Source: Burkholderiales bacterium (GTDB taxonomy: Bacteria; Pseudomonadota; Gammaproteobacteria; Burkholderiales; WYBJ01). From it: a DNA stretch of 64,000 nucleotides. The stretch spans positions 338,724 to 402,723 of the forward strand of contig JALHQN010000002.1 in NCBI GenBank assembly GCA_022841915.1. The letters run 5' to 3'. The notes below the pieces were generated by a model, which was not told where the DNA came from, made no database searches, and was given only the letters and a program-made list of their open reading frames with translations. This document shows positions 44,873 to 54,243 of the stretch, one piece after another (position 1 is the first letter of the stretch; every line of letters starts with the position of its first letter). A program made the position numbers and the translations under genes.

Positions 44873-45715
44873 TCAGCCAATGAACGCGGCGAGCCGGTCG
44901 TTGAACGCAGCGGCGCGATCGTACTGCAACCAATGGGCTGCTTGTTCGATCATGCAGATCTGCGCGTGCGGCGCATGCTGCACGATCGCCTGCAGCTCGC
45001 CTGCGAGCCCGAATTGATGGTGGACATCTTCGCGCCCGATGAAAACCAGCGTCGGCTGCCGGACGCCTCGGAGGATGAGATCGGTGCGTATGCTCTGAGA
45101 CACGACGCGCGAGACGAAGCGCGTCTGGCGCAGGTTCGCGAGCATCATGTTCACGACCTCGTCGTCGATCAGGCCGCGATTGAAAAGCTGTATCTGCCGC
45201 AGGCTCTCGCTTGCGCCGAGGCGCAGTCCCTTGCGTACGCTCAATTCGGAGAGCGCCTTTGTCAAGCTGGTTGCGATCGGCGACGTCGGGCCGATGCCGG
45301 GGGCATTTACCAGCGCAAGATGGCTGATCCGGTCAGGCTCGTCGCGAGCCGCGGCGCTGGCGACGATGCAACCGAAGGAGAATCCGGCAATGGCGGCACG
45401 TTCGATACCCAGCGCATCCAGTACGGCGCTGATGATGCCCGCGTATTGCTCGATCGAGTAGGGCGGCTGGGGATTGAAGGAGGCGCCGAATCCGGGCAGG
45501 TCGAGCGCGATCACCCGCCGGGTTCGCGCCAACACGCCGATATTGGCGATCCAGTGCGTCCATGAGCCGTGGCCGCCGTGGATGAGGAGCAGAACTGCAC
45601 CGGCGCCTGCTTCCACGTAGTGCAGAGGCCCCTCGTTCAGTTCGATGCTGGCGTGCTGCAGCCCTGCGATTCGTGCTCCGGTATCGCGCTGGTAGCGCGC
45701 CTCAGAGCTCCGCAA
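44873..45715 (-). CDS. alpha/beta-fold hydrolase
   Basis: LLLIHGGHGS and GFSFGC (GxSxG nucleophile elbow). The TTG start overlaps the RidA stop by 14 nt and is uncertain. Confidence 0.75.
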   Translation of the reverse strand: MRSSEARYQRDTGARIAGLQHASIELNEGPLHYVEAGAGAVLLLIHGGHGSWTHWIANIGVLARTRRVIALDLPGFGASFNPQPPYSIEQYAGIISAVLDALGIERAAIAGFSFGCIVASAAARDEPDRISHLALVNAPGIGPTSPIATSLTKALSELSVRKGLRLGASESLRQIQLFNRGLIDDEVVNMMLANLRQTRFVSRVVSQSIRTDLILRGVRQPTLVFIGREDVHHQFGLAGELQAIVQHAPHAQICMIEQAAHWLQYDRAAAFNDRLAAFIG

Positions 45716-46112
45716 TCGTCTGCACCTCGATCAGATAGGCCTCGGCTGCGAGACGATCGATCACCAGCAGGGTGTTCGGCGGGTACTTTGCATCGCTGAA
45801 CCACTGTGCGAACACGCGTTGCCGGAAAGCTCGCCACTTCGGAATGTCCTCCGCGCGCGTGAGATAGGTCGTGAATTGAACGACATCGCTCCAGGTTGCT
45901 CCGGCGGATTTCAGCGCTGCCTCGATGTTGAGGAAAACCTGAGCCGCTTGCGCGTCGAAGTCGTTCTCGCCCACGACTTTGCCGCTCGCGTCGCTCGCCA
46001 CCATCCCGGCGATATAAAGTCGTTCGGCGGCGTTGCGCACGCGTGCGACGTGGGAGAAGTGGCCGGAAGGCTGTCCCAGTTCCGGCACGTTGTAGATGGA
46101 TATGTCCGCCAT
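45702..46112 (-). CDS. RidA/YjgF family protein
   Basis: ORF 45702..46181. Start is ATG 46112 (residue 24). About 136 aa. HFSHVARV...LYIAGMVA...DVVQFTTYL is the typical family pattern. Confidence 0.8.
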   Translation of the reverse strand: MADISIYNVPELGQPSGHFSHVARVRNAAERLYIAGMVASDASGKVVGENDFDAQAAQVFLNIEAALKSAGATWSDVVQFTTYLTRAEDIPKWRAFRQRVFAQWFSDAKYPPNTLLVIDRLAAEAYLIEVQTIAEL

Positions 46113-46123
46113 GACGGCTGGCC

Positions 46124-46732
46124 TCAGGCGCGCGGCGCGGTTTCTCGAACCGAGTCGCGCGTCGACACCGTCGCGAACCACGCCTTAAGACGCGGGTGCG
46201 TGGCACGCCACTCGATGTCAGGGAAGCGGAAGTCCAGATAGCCGAGGACGCACGCAGCGCCGATCTCGCCGATGCCGAAATTGCCACCGAAATTTGGTTC
46301 GGCCTTCTCCAGGGTGGCCAATCCGCCATTGATCTTGGCGCGCTGGCCGTCGACCCAATCCTGCCAACGCAGCGCTTGCGGGCGAATGGCCAGTTCGTAG
46401 CGGGTCAGCACGGCGGCATCGAGGATGCCGTCGCAAAGGGACTGCATGCACAGGGACTGCCAGCGTGCCATGCCGCTCTGCGGAAACAGACGATGGCCGG
46501 CCAGGGAATCGAGGTATTCGCAGATGACTCGCGAGTCGTAGAGCGCACGGCCGTCGTCGAGCAGCAGCGTCGGAATCTTGACGAGCGGGTTCGCACCCGC
46601 CAGGTCGGCATTAGGCGCAACCGGCGAGACCGCAGTCTCGATTTCCCGCACCTGATCGGCGAGGCCGGCTTCGCGGACGACGATCCGGACCTTGCGGGCG
46701 AACGGCGAGGCGGCATTGACATTGATCTGCAT
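46124..46732 (-). CDS. glutathione S-transferase family protein
   Basis: Thioredoxin-like N-domain with SPFARKVR and KIPTLLLDDGRALYDSRVICEYLD. GAGGAG ribosome-binding site. Confidence 0.85.
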   Translation of the reverse strand: MQINVNAASPFARKVRIVVREAGLADQVREIETAVSPVAPNADLAGANPLVKIPTLLLDDGRALYDSRVICEYLDSLAGHRLFPQSGMARWQSLCMQSLCDGILDAAVLTRYELAIRPQALRWQDWVDGQRAKINGGLATLEKAEPNFGGNFGIGEIGAACVLGYLDFRFPDIEWRATHPRLKAWFATVSTRDSVRETAPRA

Positions 46733-46887
46733 GGATCGGCTCCTCGGAGTGTGGACAGGCGTCGAGCCATCCTAACCGTATCGACGTGCTCGGGCAACGG
46801 CGCTGGCAGGCCACCGACGCGCCTCGCGAGAGGTCAGGAAGCGGACGATCCCATATACTTTGAGGCCCGATCAATATTCGCCTTGGC

Positions 46888-47682
46888 ATGGATAGCAAGA
46901 TCAAGCCCTGGCTGCCTTGGATCTTGCTCGCCGCAGCGACGCTGTCCTCGCTGGCGCGCGGCGAAGATGCGGGGCTGGCCCGTTTGTTCGCCCAGCACGG
47001 CATCGAAGGCACGTTGGTCGTGGCGTCCGTGCGAACCGGTCGGACCGTGATCCATGACGAGGTTCGTGCCGCTCAGAGATTCTCTCCCGCCTCCACCTTC
47101 AAGGTGTTCAATACGCTGATTGCGTTGGAGGAGGGTGCGCTGGTCGGTGGGCAGAGCGTATTGAAGTGGGATGGGCGCCAGCACGATTTTCCCGACTGGA
47201 ACCGCGATCAGACGTTGGAAAGCGCGTTCAAGGTCTCCTGCGTTTGGTGTTTCCAAGCCCTCGCGAGTCGGGTAGGGGCGCAAAAGTACGGCACCTATTT
47301 GCGGGACGCGGCCTACGGGGTGTTGCGCGAGCCGTTCGATGCAACCACGTTCTGGCTCGATGGTGCCTTGCAGGTCAGTGCCATCGAGCAAATCGAGTTT
47401 CTGAGGAAGCTGCACTCGCGCCAGTTGCCGTTCAGCGCGGGAACGTACGAGACGTTGCGAGCGCTCATGCTCGTGCAGAGCGGGCCCGACTTCGCCGTGC
47501 GAGCAAAGACCGGCTGGTCGGCGAGGACGAGGCCCGAAATCGGCTGGTACATCGGGTACGTGGAAGCGGCGGACGATGTCTGGTTGTTCGCGCTGAACAT
47601 CACGGTGCGAAACGCAGCCGATCTGCCGTTGCGGCAGAAACTGACGCTGCAAGCCTTGCGCGCGCAGGGCATCCTTCGCTGA
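46888..47682 (+). CDS. class D (OXA-type) beta-lactamase
   Basis: Signal peptide followed by S69-T-F-K72, S117-C-V119 (SxV), Y143-G-V145 (YGN position), FW156LDG..L.VS..EQ..FL, and K207-T-G-W210. Motif spacing mirrors OXA-10 numbering. Confidence 0.88.
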   Translation: MDSKIKPWLPWILLAAATLSSLARGEDAGLARLFAQHGIEGTLVVASVRTGRTVIHDEVRAAQRFSPASTFKVFNTLIALEEGALVGGQSVLKWDGRQHDFPDWNRDQTLESAFKVSCVWCFQALASRVGAQKYGTYLRDAAYGVLREPFDATTFWLDGALQVSAIEQIEFLRKLHSRQLPFSAGTYETLRALMLVQSGPDFAVRAKTGWSARTRPEIGWYIGYVEAADDVWLFALNITVRNAADLPLRQKLTLQALRAQGILR

Positions 47683-47704
47683 CAAGTCCGGAACTACAGT
47701 GGCC

Positions 47705-47740
47705 AAAAAAAAATGCCGGTTCGAATGAACCGGCATTTTC
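47705..47740. terminator. bidirectional Rho-independent terminator
   Basis: A-run, then aaaTGCCGGTTC-gaat-GAACCGGCAttt, then T-run. The stem is up to 13 bp with a GAAT tetraloop. It lies between the convergent bla (stop 47682) and DUF4340 gene (stop 47754). Confidence 0.85.
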
Positions 47741-47753
47741 GAGGGAGGCCTGA

Positions 47754-48893
47754 TTACTTCTTCGGCTCCGGCTGCTCGATGAAGCGCTCGCGCACTCGCA
47801 GCAATCCGCCCAGCGTCTTCGTTTCGACGATGTAGACCCACTGATTCATGGTCTTCTCTCGCGCCAGCTGCGCTTCGAGGCGCTTCATTCGCTCCTCGTG
47901 TTCCTTGTCGCGCTTGGCCTTGTCTTCCGGCGTCTCGTCCTTGCGGGGCACCCGCTCGGTCTTCTTGAACTCGCCGGTCACTGCCACCGTGAAGTACATG
48001 TGGGTGTCGTCGTTCGGCTTGGGCGCGATCCTGATTGCGTAATTCCAGCCGTCGAACGTGTCGATGTTGATGCGGGTCGCGCGCTCCAGCGCTTCCGGCT
48101 TCATCGGCGCCACGTCGACGAACGCAAGTTGGTAGAGCGCATTGGTCGTGGAGAGTGCGGCCGAGATATCGGTCTTCTGGCCGGGTTTGGCACCCTCGAG
48201 CACGAAATCGCCCATCTCGGAGTCGCGTGCCAGTGCGTAGCTTGCCTCGGGCACGCCGCTGTCGAGTTCGATGCGCTTGACGCTGTCGACCCGGATGAAC
48301 TCCTTCGAGATCCACTTCACGGGCTTGGGCTCGATGTTGTTCATCGGGTCGGAGACGACCAGCACCGTCTTGAGGTCGGATCCGACCAGCAGGTAGCGCC
48401 CGTCGGGCTGGCCCTTGTCGAACCCCTTCACTTGCAGCGGCGGTTTGCCCAGGTGCTTCTTGCCCAGGAACAGCGTGGCGAGCGGCTTGCCGTCCTTGCC
48501 GCGGAACTCGAGCAAGGTCGAGGCGCCTTCCTTGGCATCGGGCGCAGCTACATCGACGCGCGGGCGCTGCTCTTCGCTGATCGGCTCGCTCTGGACGACT
48601 TTCCATTCGCGTGCCTTGAAGGTCAGCTCGGACACCAGCGGCGGATCCGCCGGGTAGCCGCCCCGCTCCTTGATGCCCCACACCTTGCCGTCGTAGACGA
48701 GGTTCAATTCCTCGTCCTTGTGCTTGATGTGGATGTGCGCGATATCGCTGACCTGCAACTCGGGCAGCACTTTCTGGCCGAGGCGCGAATCCTGACGCTG
48801 CCAGGCCTCCGTATCGCGCTTGAACATGGTCACGCCGATGCCGCCGATGACCAGCACCAGTATCAGAAGGATCAGGAGATGCTTGCGGCTCAT
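47754..48893 (-). CDS. DUF4340 domain-containing protein
   Basis: N-terminal anchor MSRKHLLILLILVLVIGGIGV. It is the last gene of the Gld-like ABC operon and its ATG overlaps the GldG-like stop (ATGA). Confidence 0.75.
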   Translation of the reverse strand: MSRKHLLILLILVLVIGGIGVTMFKRDTEAWQRQDSRLGQKVLPELQVSDIAHIHIKHKDEELNLVYDGKVWGIKERGGYPADPPLVSELTFKAREWKVVQSEPISEEQRPRVDVAAPDAKEGASTLLEFRGKDGKPLATLFLGKKHLGKPPLQVKGFDKGQPDGRYLLVGSDLKTVLVVSDPMNNIEPKPVKWISKEFIRVDSVKRIELDSGVPEASYALARDSEMGDFVLEGAKPGQKTDISAALSTTNALYQLAFVDVAPMKPEALERATRINIDTFDGWNYAIRIAPKPNDDTHMYFTVAVTGEFKKTERVPRKDETPEDKAKRDKEHEERMKRLEAQLAREKTMNQWVYIVETKTLGGLLRVRERFIEQPEPKK

Positions 48894-50803
48894 GGCCTCA
48901 CCTGCCTCTTACGCGCCAGCGCGAGCCCTGCTCCGATGAGAATGACGAGCAGCGGAATCGCGCCGATGTTGACGACCTTGGTCCAGAACTGAAGAGACTC
49001 CGCATCCTGACGAAGGTTGCGGCGCAGCTCCTTCAGATCGCGCTTCGTTTCCGTCGAGCGCTTGCGGAAGTTGTCGACCTCCACCTGCTGCTCGGGCGAG
49101 AGCACGATGGGTCCCGTGTCCCGGGCCTCACCCCTGCGCTTCTGGATGTCTTCGAGCTTCTTCTGGGTTTCCATCAGATCGTCCTCGAGTTCCTTGATCT
49201 TGCCGAGGTACGCTTCCTGAGCCTTGGACTCCATTTCGCGCACGACGGTTAGCGGGCGCGTGAACGCGGCGCGGCTGCGCAGGTTGATCAGGTTCTTGTC
49301 GGATGCGAGCTGCTCCACCAGGCTTTGCGCCAGGTTGAGGTTGCCGTTGCGCGGCACGATGACGCGCTGACCGAAGACGTCCTGGATATCGACCGCGGCA
49401 TTGTCCGTGAGCATGTCGGCGTCGGCCACCAGAACGACGGTGCCTTCCTCCTTGCTTTCCTTCAAATGCGGCTCGGCCGCTTCGGGTTTCTTCGCTTCGC
49501 CGTCCTTGGCCTCGCCTTCCTTCTTCAGCTCGGCGTAGGGATCCTTCGGCTTGCCGTCCGGATAGGCGCTCTTGAACTTGCCGGTGAGGCGGATCGCAAG
49601 CGGCTGCTCGGTGTTGGTCGGCTCGAAGCCCTTGGTCGAGGGCTCCCCGGTCAACGTGGCGATGATGAGATCGACCGGCATGTTGTTGGGCGAGCTCTTG
49701 GCCAGGACGGTCATGTTGAGCCCTTCCGCCGGCTTGCCCTTGAAGTAGCCGCCGAAGGCGTAAAGCAGTGTGCCGACCTGGCTCGTGACCGGGTCATCGG
49801 CATTGAGGGCGCCGCCGGTGAGGTTGAGCAGGGTGGGCAGCAGGCGCGGACCTTCACCGCTGCCGTAGGTCAGGTCGGCGAGCACCTTGGACATGTCCAT
49901 CTCGAAGCCCCAGCTCTTCATCAAAGTGTGGAGCGAGGACTGTCCGGCTTGCGTGCCGCCGAGCGGGTTTTGCATGTCACGCTGCTGGTCGAAGTACATG
50001 AAGGGATCGACGAAGGCGATCACCTTGCCGCCGCGCATCATGAACTGATCGATGGCGTACTGCGTGATGTCGGTGATTTCACGCGGATGCACCACGAGAA
50101 GCACCTTGACGTCGGCATCGATCTTCTCCGCAGTCATGGCGACTTCCTTCAGTTCGAAGTCGCGCTTGAGTTCCGAGATCAGCACCCAGGGCTCGGTCAG
50201 GCCTTTTTGCTCCTGCATGGCCAGGGGAGAGAGGCCGCGGCCGAATACAGGCACCGCGCTCATGACGCCGATCACTGGCTTCTTGACTGTAGACACCCGG
50301 GCGACGGCGCGCGTGAGGTCGTATTCGAGCAGGCGCTCGCGCTCGGGCGTCAGCACGGGAATCGCGACCTTGTCGTCGAGTTGGCTGATGGCAAGACCGA
50401 GGTAGAACTTCTCGCCCGTATTGAGCATCTGCCCTTCGATGCCGTCCAGCGTGGCCGACTCTTCAGCGTCCGAGTCGGGCTGCGGGTTGTACTTCTCCAC
50501 GATGACCTTGCCGCCGGACACCGAGCGGAATTCGCCCAGCAGATCCTCCACGCGCTGAGCGAAGGTTCTCAGCGCCACCGGCGTCGCTTCGCCCTGCGTG
50601 TAGTAGAAGCGGATCTTCACCGGCGAATCGAGCTTGGTGAGGATGGCGCGCGTGCCTTCCGAGAGCGTGAACACCTTGCCTTCGGTGAGATCGATGCGCG
50701 CGCTCACGGGCGACATGATGTAGTTGACCGCGATCAGGATGAGCGCGAGCGCGACCACCCCGGCAGTCGAGTAGAGGAAGGTTTCCAGTCCCTTCTTTTG
50801 CAT
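48890..50803 (-). CDS. GldG-like ABC-transport auxiliary component
   Basis: 637 aa. N-terminal TM segment, a large periplasmic domain, and a C-terminal coiled-coil plus TM segment (…NIGAIPLLVILIGAGLALARKR). It occupies the GldG position after the ABC-2 permease. Confidence 0.75.
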   Translation of the reverse strand: MQKKGLETFLYSTAGVVALALILIAVNYIMSPVSARIDLTEGKVFTLSEGTRAILTKLDSPVKIRFYYTQGEATPVALRTFAQRVEDLLGEFRSVSGGKVIVEKYNPQPDSDAEESATLDGIEGQMLNTGEKFYLGLAISQLDDKVAIPVLTPERERLLEYDLTRAVARVSTVKKPVIGVMSAVPVFGRGLSPLAMQEQKGLTEPWVLISELKRDFELKEVAMTAEKIDADVKVLLVVHPREITDITQYAIDQFMMRGGKVIAFVDPFMYFDQQRDMQNPLGGTQAGQSSLHTLMKSWGFEMDMSKVLADLTYGSGEGPRLLPTLLNLTGGALNADDPVTSQVGTLLYAFGGYFKGKPAEGLNMTVLAKSSPNNMPVDLIIATLTGEPSTKGFEPTNTEQPLAIRLTGKFKSAYPDGKPKDPYAELKKEGEAKDGEAKKPEAAEPHLKESKEEGTVVLVADADMLTDNAAVDIQDVFGQRVIVPRNGNLNLAQSLVEQLASDKNLINLRSRAAFTRPLTVVREMESKAQEAYLGKIKELEDDLMETQKKLEDIQKRRGEARDTGPIVLSPEQQVEVDNFRKRSTETKRDLKELRRNLRQDAESLQFWTKVVNIGAIPLLVILIGAGLALARKRQVRP

Positions 50804-50816
50804 CGTCGGTTCCTCC

Positions 50817-51554
50817 TCAACCAGCGCGCAGGCCGCGGATGATGACGCCGGTGGTGAACAGGGCGAGGCCTATCACCGAAGCAAAGAACACGACGTCACG
50901 AACATCCACGATACCGCGCTGAAACGCATCGAAATGTGTCATCACCGAGAACGAGGCGACGACCTGAACGACCTGGGGGCTCGCCCACTGCGACAGAAGA
51001 TCGGTCACGGGGTTGTAGCCGCACAAAATCAGGAACAGCAGGATCAGTACCGACAGAATGAAGCTGATGACCTGGTTGCGCGTCATGGCCGACGTCATGC
51101 AGCTCACGGCGAGGTAGGCGCCTGCCAGCAGCACGCTGCCGACGTAGCCCGAGGCGATGACGCCGTTATCGGGATCGCCCAGCCAATTGACGGTGATGAT
51201 GACCGGGAAGGTCAGCGCCAGCGCCAACGCCAGGAACAGCCACGAGGCGACGAATTTGCCGACGATGGCTTGCCAGGTCGCGATGGGCAGAGTCAGCAGC
51301 AACTCCAGGGTGCCCAGACGGCGCTCTTCGGACCACAAGCGCATGCCCACGGCGGGAACCAGGAACAGATAGAGCCACGGATGCCAGGTGAAGAAGGACA
51401 CCAGCGAGGCTTCGCCGCGCTCGAAGAAATTCCCCACCGTGAAGGTGAAGAATCCGGTCAACAGCAGGAAGATCACGAGAAACACGTAGGCTACGGGCGA
51501 TACGAAGTAACCCGCGAGTTCACGCTTGACGATGGTTATGACACCGCCGCTCAT
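50817..51554 (-). CDS. ABC-2 type transporter permease (GldF-like)
   Basis: 245 aa with six hydrophobic segments. Its ATG overlaps the ATPase stop (ATGA). Confidence 0.8.
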   Translation of the reverse strand: MSGGVITIVKRELAGYFVSPVAYVFLVIFLLLTGFFTFTVGNFFERGEASLVSFFTWHPWLYLFLVPAVGMRLWSEERRLGTLELLLTLPIATWQAIVGKFVASWLFLALALALTFPVIITVNWLGDPDNGVIASGYVGSVLLAGAYLAVSCMTSAMTRNQVISFILSVLILLFLILCGYNPVTDLLSQWASPQVVQVVASFSVMTHFDAFQRGIVDVRDVVFFASVIGLALFTTGVIIRGLRAG

Positions 51555-52516
51555 TGACGAGCCTCCTTAATCGTGTCGGGCAAGGTGATCGAGCGGAACA
51601 CCTCGTCGAAATGGCCTTCTTCGGTGCGCAGGTCTTCCAGTTGCCAATGGCGCTGGCTGACCAGTTCCATCACCGCGCGCACCAGAGCGGGTTTTTGATC
51701 GGGGGAGTCGGGATGCGCGCGCACCACCGACTGTTGCGGCGTCTCGCTGAGCGTGTCGACACGGACAACGAGATCGATCGAGGACAGGGCTTCGCTCAGT
51801 TCGGCGGCGGTCACGCCTGAAACGACCACGGAAACCGCGCCGGCCAAATGAGAGCGTCGGCGCAATTCGTCCGGCGTGCCGTTGGCGACGATCCTGCCGC
51901 GGTCGATGATGATCACGCGCGAGCAGGCGGCGTCGACTTCTTCCAGGATATGCGTGGAGAAAATGACCGCCTTGTTGGTACCCATGCGCTTGATGAGATT
52001 GCGCACCTCGTGCTTCTGATTCGGATCCAGGCCATCGGTCGGCTCGTCCATGATCAGGATGTCGGGATCGTGGATGATCGACTGCGCGAGGCAGGTGCGA
52101 TGCCGATAGCCTTTCGACAAGGTGTCGATGGTCTGGTAGAGCACGTTCTCCAGCATGCACAACTCGACAGCCCGGTTCACGGCGCGTTTGCGGGCATCAC
52201 CGGTGATGCCACGCATCTCTGCGGTAAAGCGCAGAAAGCCCTGCACCGTCATGTCGGCATAGGACGGCGCATTCTCCGGCAGATAACCGATCAGACGCTT
52301 GGCCGGTATGGGGTTGGTGAGGATGTCATGACCACCGACGCTGATGCGTCCCGCCGTCGGTGGGATGAAGCCCGTCACCATGCGCATGGTGGTGGACTTG
52401 CCCGCGCCGTTCGGCCCAAGAAATCCCAGCACCTCTCCTCGCTCCACACTGAATGACACGTCATTGACGGCGATCTTGGGGCCGAAGTTCTTGATGAGGT
52501 TCTCGACCTTGATCAT
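51551..52516 (-). CDS. ABC transporter ATP-binding protein (GldA-like)
   Basis: Walker A GPNGAGKSTT, signature LSKGYRHR, Walker B ILIMDEP. AGAGGGGA ribosome-binding site. Confidence 0.9.
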   Translation of the reverse strand: MIKVENLIKNFGPKIAVNDVSFSVERGEVLGFLGPNGAGKSTTMRMVTGFIPPTAGRISVGGHDILTNPIPAKRLIGYLPENAPSYADMTVQGFLRFTAEMRGITGDARKRAVNRAVELCMLENVLYQTIDTLSKGYRHRTCLAQSIIHDPDILIMDEPTDGLDPNQKHEVRNLIKRMGTNKAVIFSTHILEEVDAACSRVIIIDRGRIVANGTPDELRRRSHLAGAVSVVVSGVTAAELSEALSSIDLVVRVDTLSETPQQSVVRAHPDSPDQKPALVRAVMELVSQRHWQLEDLRTEEGHFDEVFRSITLPDTIKEARQ

Positions 52517-52800
52517 TGTGTTCCCCTCTTTGTATTGACGACGCTAGCCCGTTCGTCGGTGTCGCGATCGTCGACCGTCGGCTTGCAATTCCGACCCTGC
52601 GCGCGCTCCTCCGCGCTCACGCGATGTCGATCTAGCTGCTTGAATAATCGCAAAAACTGCAGAAGGCGGCGAAGTCTACACGAATAAGCGAAGCATCGCC
52701 AAGATATGGCCTGCCGGTGTGAATACAAGGCCTGAACGGCCGAAATTCTTCACCTGTGCTCGCGCCCGCGGCGAGGCAGCGTCCCTGGTGGCTGCATGCC

Positions 52801-52806
52801 TATAAT
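52801..52806 (+). promoter_or_regulatory. candidate -10 hexamer (TATAAT) for the 3-hydroxyacyl-CoA dehydrogenase gene
   Basis: A perfect tataat lies 39 nt upstream of ATG 52845. No convincing -35 is present. Confidence 0.3.
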
Positions 52807-52844
52807 CGCCGCCTGCATCCCACACTAATCAGCGGAGAATCCAC

Positions 52845-53768
52845 ATGGCCAAACGCGGCGTCGCCATCATCGGCGGCGGCATCATGGGCGGCGACATTGC
52901 AACCAGTTTTGCAGCGGGGGGCTGGGATGCACACGTCATGAGTCCCTCGCCGAAGACCCGTGAGGCCTTGCCGGGGCGGGTGAGCAAGGGTTTGGAGCGC
53001 CTGGGCGCCGGGGCTGGGTGCGCCGCCGCGGTGCAAGCCCATGCCGCGCTGACGGACATCCCCTGGCAGGGCGTCGATCTGTGCATCGAGGCGGTGACCG
53101 AGGATCTCGCGCTCAAGCACAAGGTGTTCTCGGCGGTGGAGGCGTTGGCGCGCCCCGAGATTCCCCTGGCGACCAATACTTCGAGCTTTCCCGTCACGGA
53201 AGTGGGCAGACATCTGAAGACGCGATCCCGGCTTTGCGGCGCGCACTACTTCATGCCCGCGCACCTGGTGCCGCTGGTCGAGGTCGTCTGCGCCGAGTTC
53301 ACGGCGCCGAAAGTGGCCGAAGAAGTCGAGGCCATCATGACTTCGGTCGGCAAAGTGCCGGTCATGGTGAAGAAGGACATCCCGGGCTTTCTGGCCAACC
53401 GGATGCAGCACGCCCTGTTGCGGGAGGTGCTCTGGCTGCTGGAGAACGACATTGCGACCCCGGAGGGCATCGACGCGGCCGTTCGGTACGGCTTCGGCTT
53501 CCGCTTCATCGCCTGCGGCCCGCTGATGCAGAAGGAAATGTCGGGCTGGGATACCAACTTCTATGCGGGCAGCACCATCTACCCCAGTTTGTCGAACGCA
53601 TCTGCGCCGCCGAAGATGCTCAAGGACATGGTCGAGCGCGGCGCGATCGGCATGAAGACCAAGCAAGGCCTGTGGCCTTGGACGGACGACGCCATCGCGC
53701 GCGAAAAGTCGCGCTACGAACAGGCGCTGCAGGCCGGGTTCAAGATCCTGCAGGCCGAGAAGAAGTAG
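52845..53768 (+). CDS. 3-hydroxyacyl-CoA dehydrogenase family protein
   Basis: VAIIGGGIMGGDIA Rossmann motif, NTSS, and the C-terminal HCDH domain. GGAGA ribosome-binding site. Confidence 0.85.
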   Translation: MAKRGVAIIGGGIMGGDIATSFAAGGWDAHVMSPSPKTREALPGRVSKGLERLGAGAGCAAAVQAHAALTDIPWQGVDLCIEAVTEDLALKHKVFSAVEALARPEIPLATNTSSFPVTEVGRHLKTRSRLCGAHYFMPAHLVPLVEVVCAEFTAPKVAEEVEAIMTSVGKVPVMVKKDIPGFLANRMQHALLREVLWLLENDIATPEGIDAAVRYGFGFRFIACGPLMQKEMSGWDTNFYAGSTIYPSLSNASAPPKMLKDMVERGAIGMKTKQGLWPWTDDAIAREKSRYEQALQAGFKILQAEKK

Positions 53769-53809
53769 TTTCGAACGGGGACAGCCTGGCTTGGCTGTCC
53801 CCGACCGCG

Positions 53810-54241
53810 TCAGCCTCGCTGGCTGGCGTAGGTCCCGCGGCCGACCGCCAACAGGCGGCCCTGCTCGTCCATCACGTCGATGTCGATGACGGCCGACGTC
53901 TTGCCGGCGCGCCGGACACGGGCGATGCCCACCACCGAATCGCCGATCGCCGGACGCAGGTAGTCGATGCGCAGGTTCATGGTGGGCACACCGCCGCCCA
54001 CCTGCATGCCGATGGCGAAATCGCCGACCGTGTCGATGAACGAGGCGAGCGGGCCGCCGTGAAACTGCTTCGTTCCCAGGCGGCGCTCGAGTTCCGGCCT
54101 GAGCGGCATGCGCACTTCGAGTTCGCCCTTGTCGTGATCGAGCGCGATCACCTTGAGGCCGAGGAAGGAGATGAAGGGCGAAGCATCGAAGATGGCCTGT
54201 ACGCCCGCTACGTCGAGTTTCTGGGGAGTCGATTCGCTCAT
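53810..54241 (-). CDS. PaaI-family hotdog thioesterase
   Basis: This is the C-terminal 143 aa of the 371-aa track ORF. ATG 54241 lies 2 nt after the upstream stop. HGGPLASFIDTVGDFA motif. Confidence 0.8.
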   Translation of the reverse strand: MSESTPQKLDVAGVQAIFDASPFISFLGLKVIALDHDKGELEVRMPLRPELERRLGTKQFHGGPLASFIDTVGDFAIGMQVGGGVPTMNLRIDYLRPAIGDSVVGIARVRRAGKTSAVIDIDVMDEQGRLLAVGRGTYASQRG

Positions 54242-54243
54242 GG

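Noticed and set aside
47714-47735. GCCGGTTCGAAT resembles a tRNA T-arm/T-loop
   Set aside because: The flanks do not form acceptor, D or anticodon arms. The sequence is fully explained as a 13-bp hairpin with a GAAT loop, flanked by A- and T-runs (a bidirectional terminator).
46834-48681. 615-aa minus-strand ORF spanning the bla gene (antisense), the terminator and part of the DUF4340 gene (off-frame)
   Set aside because: It runs straight through a strong bidirectional terminator hairpin and through two well-supported genes. Its composition is Arg/Gly/Ala/Gln-rich without motifs.
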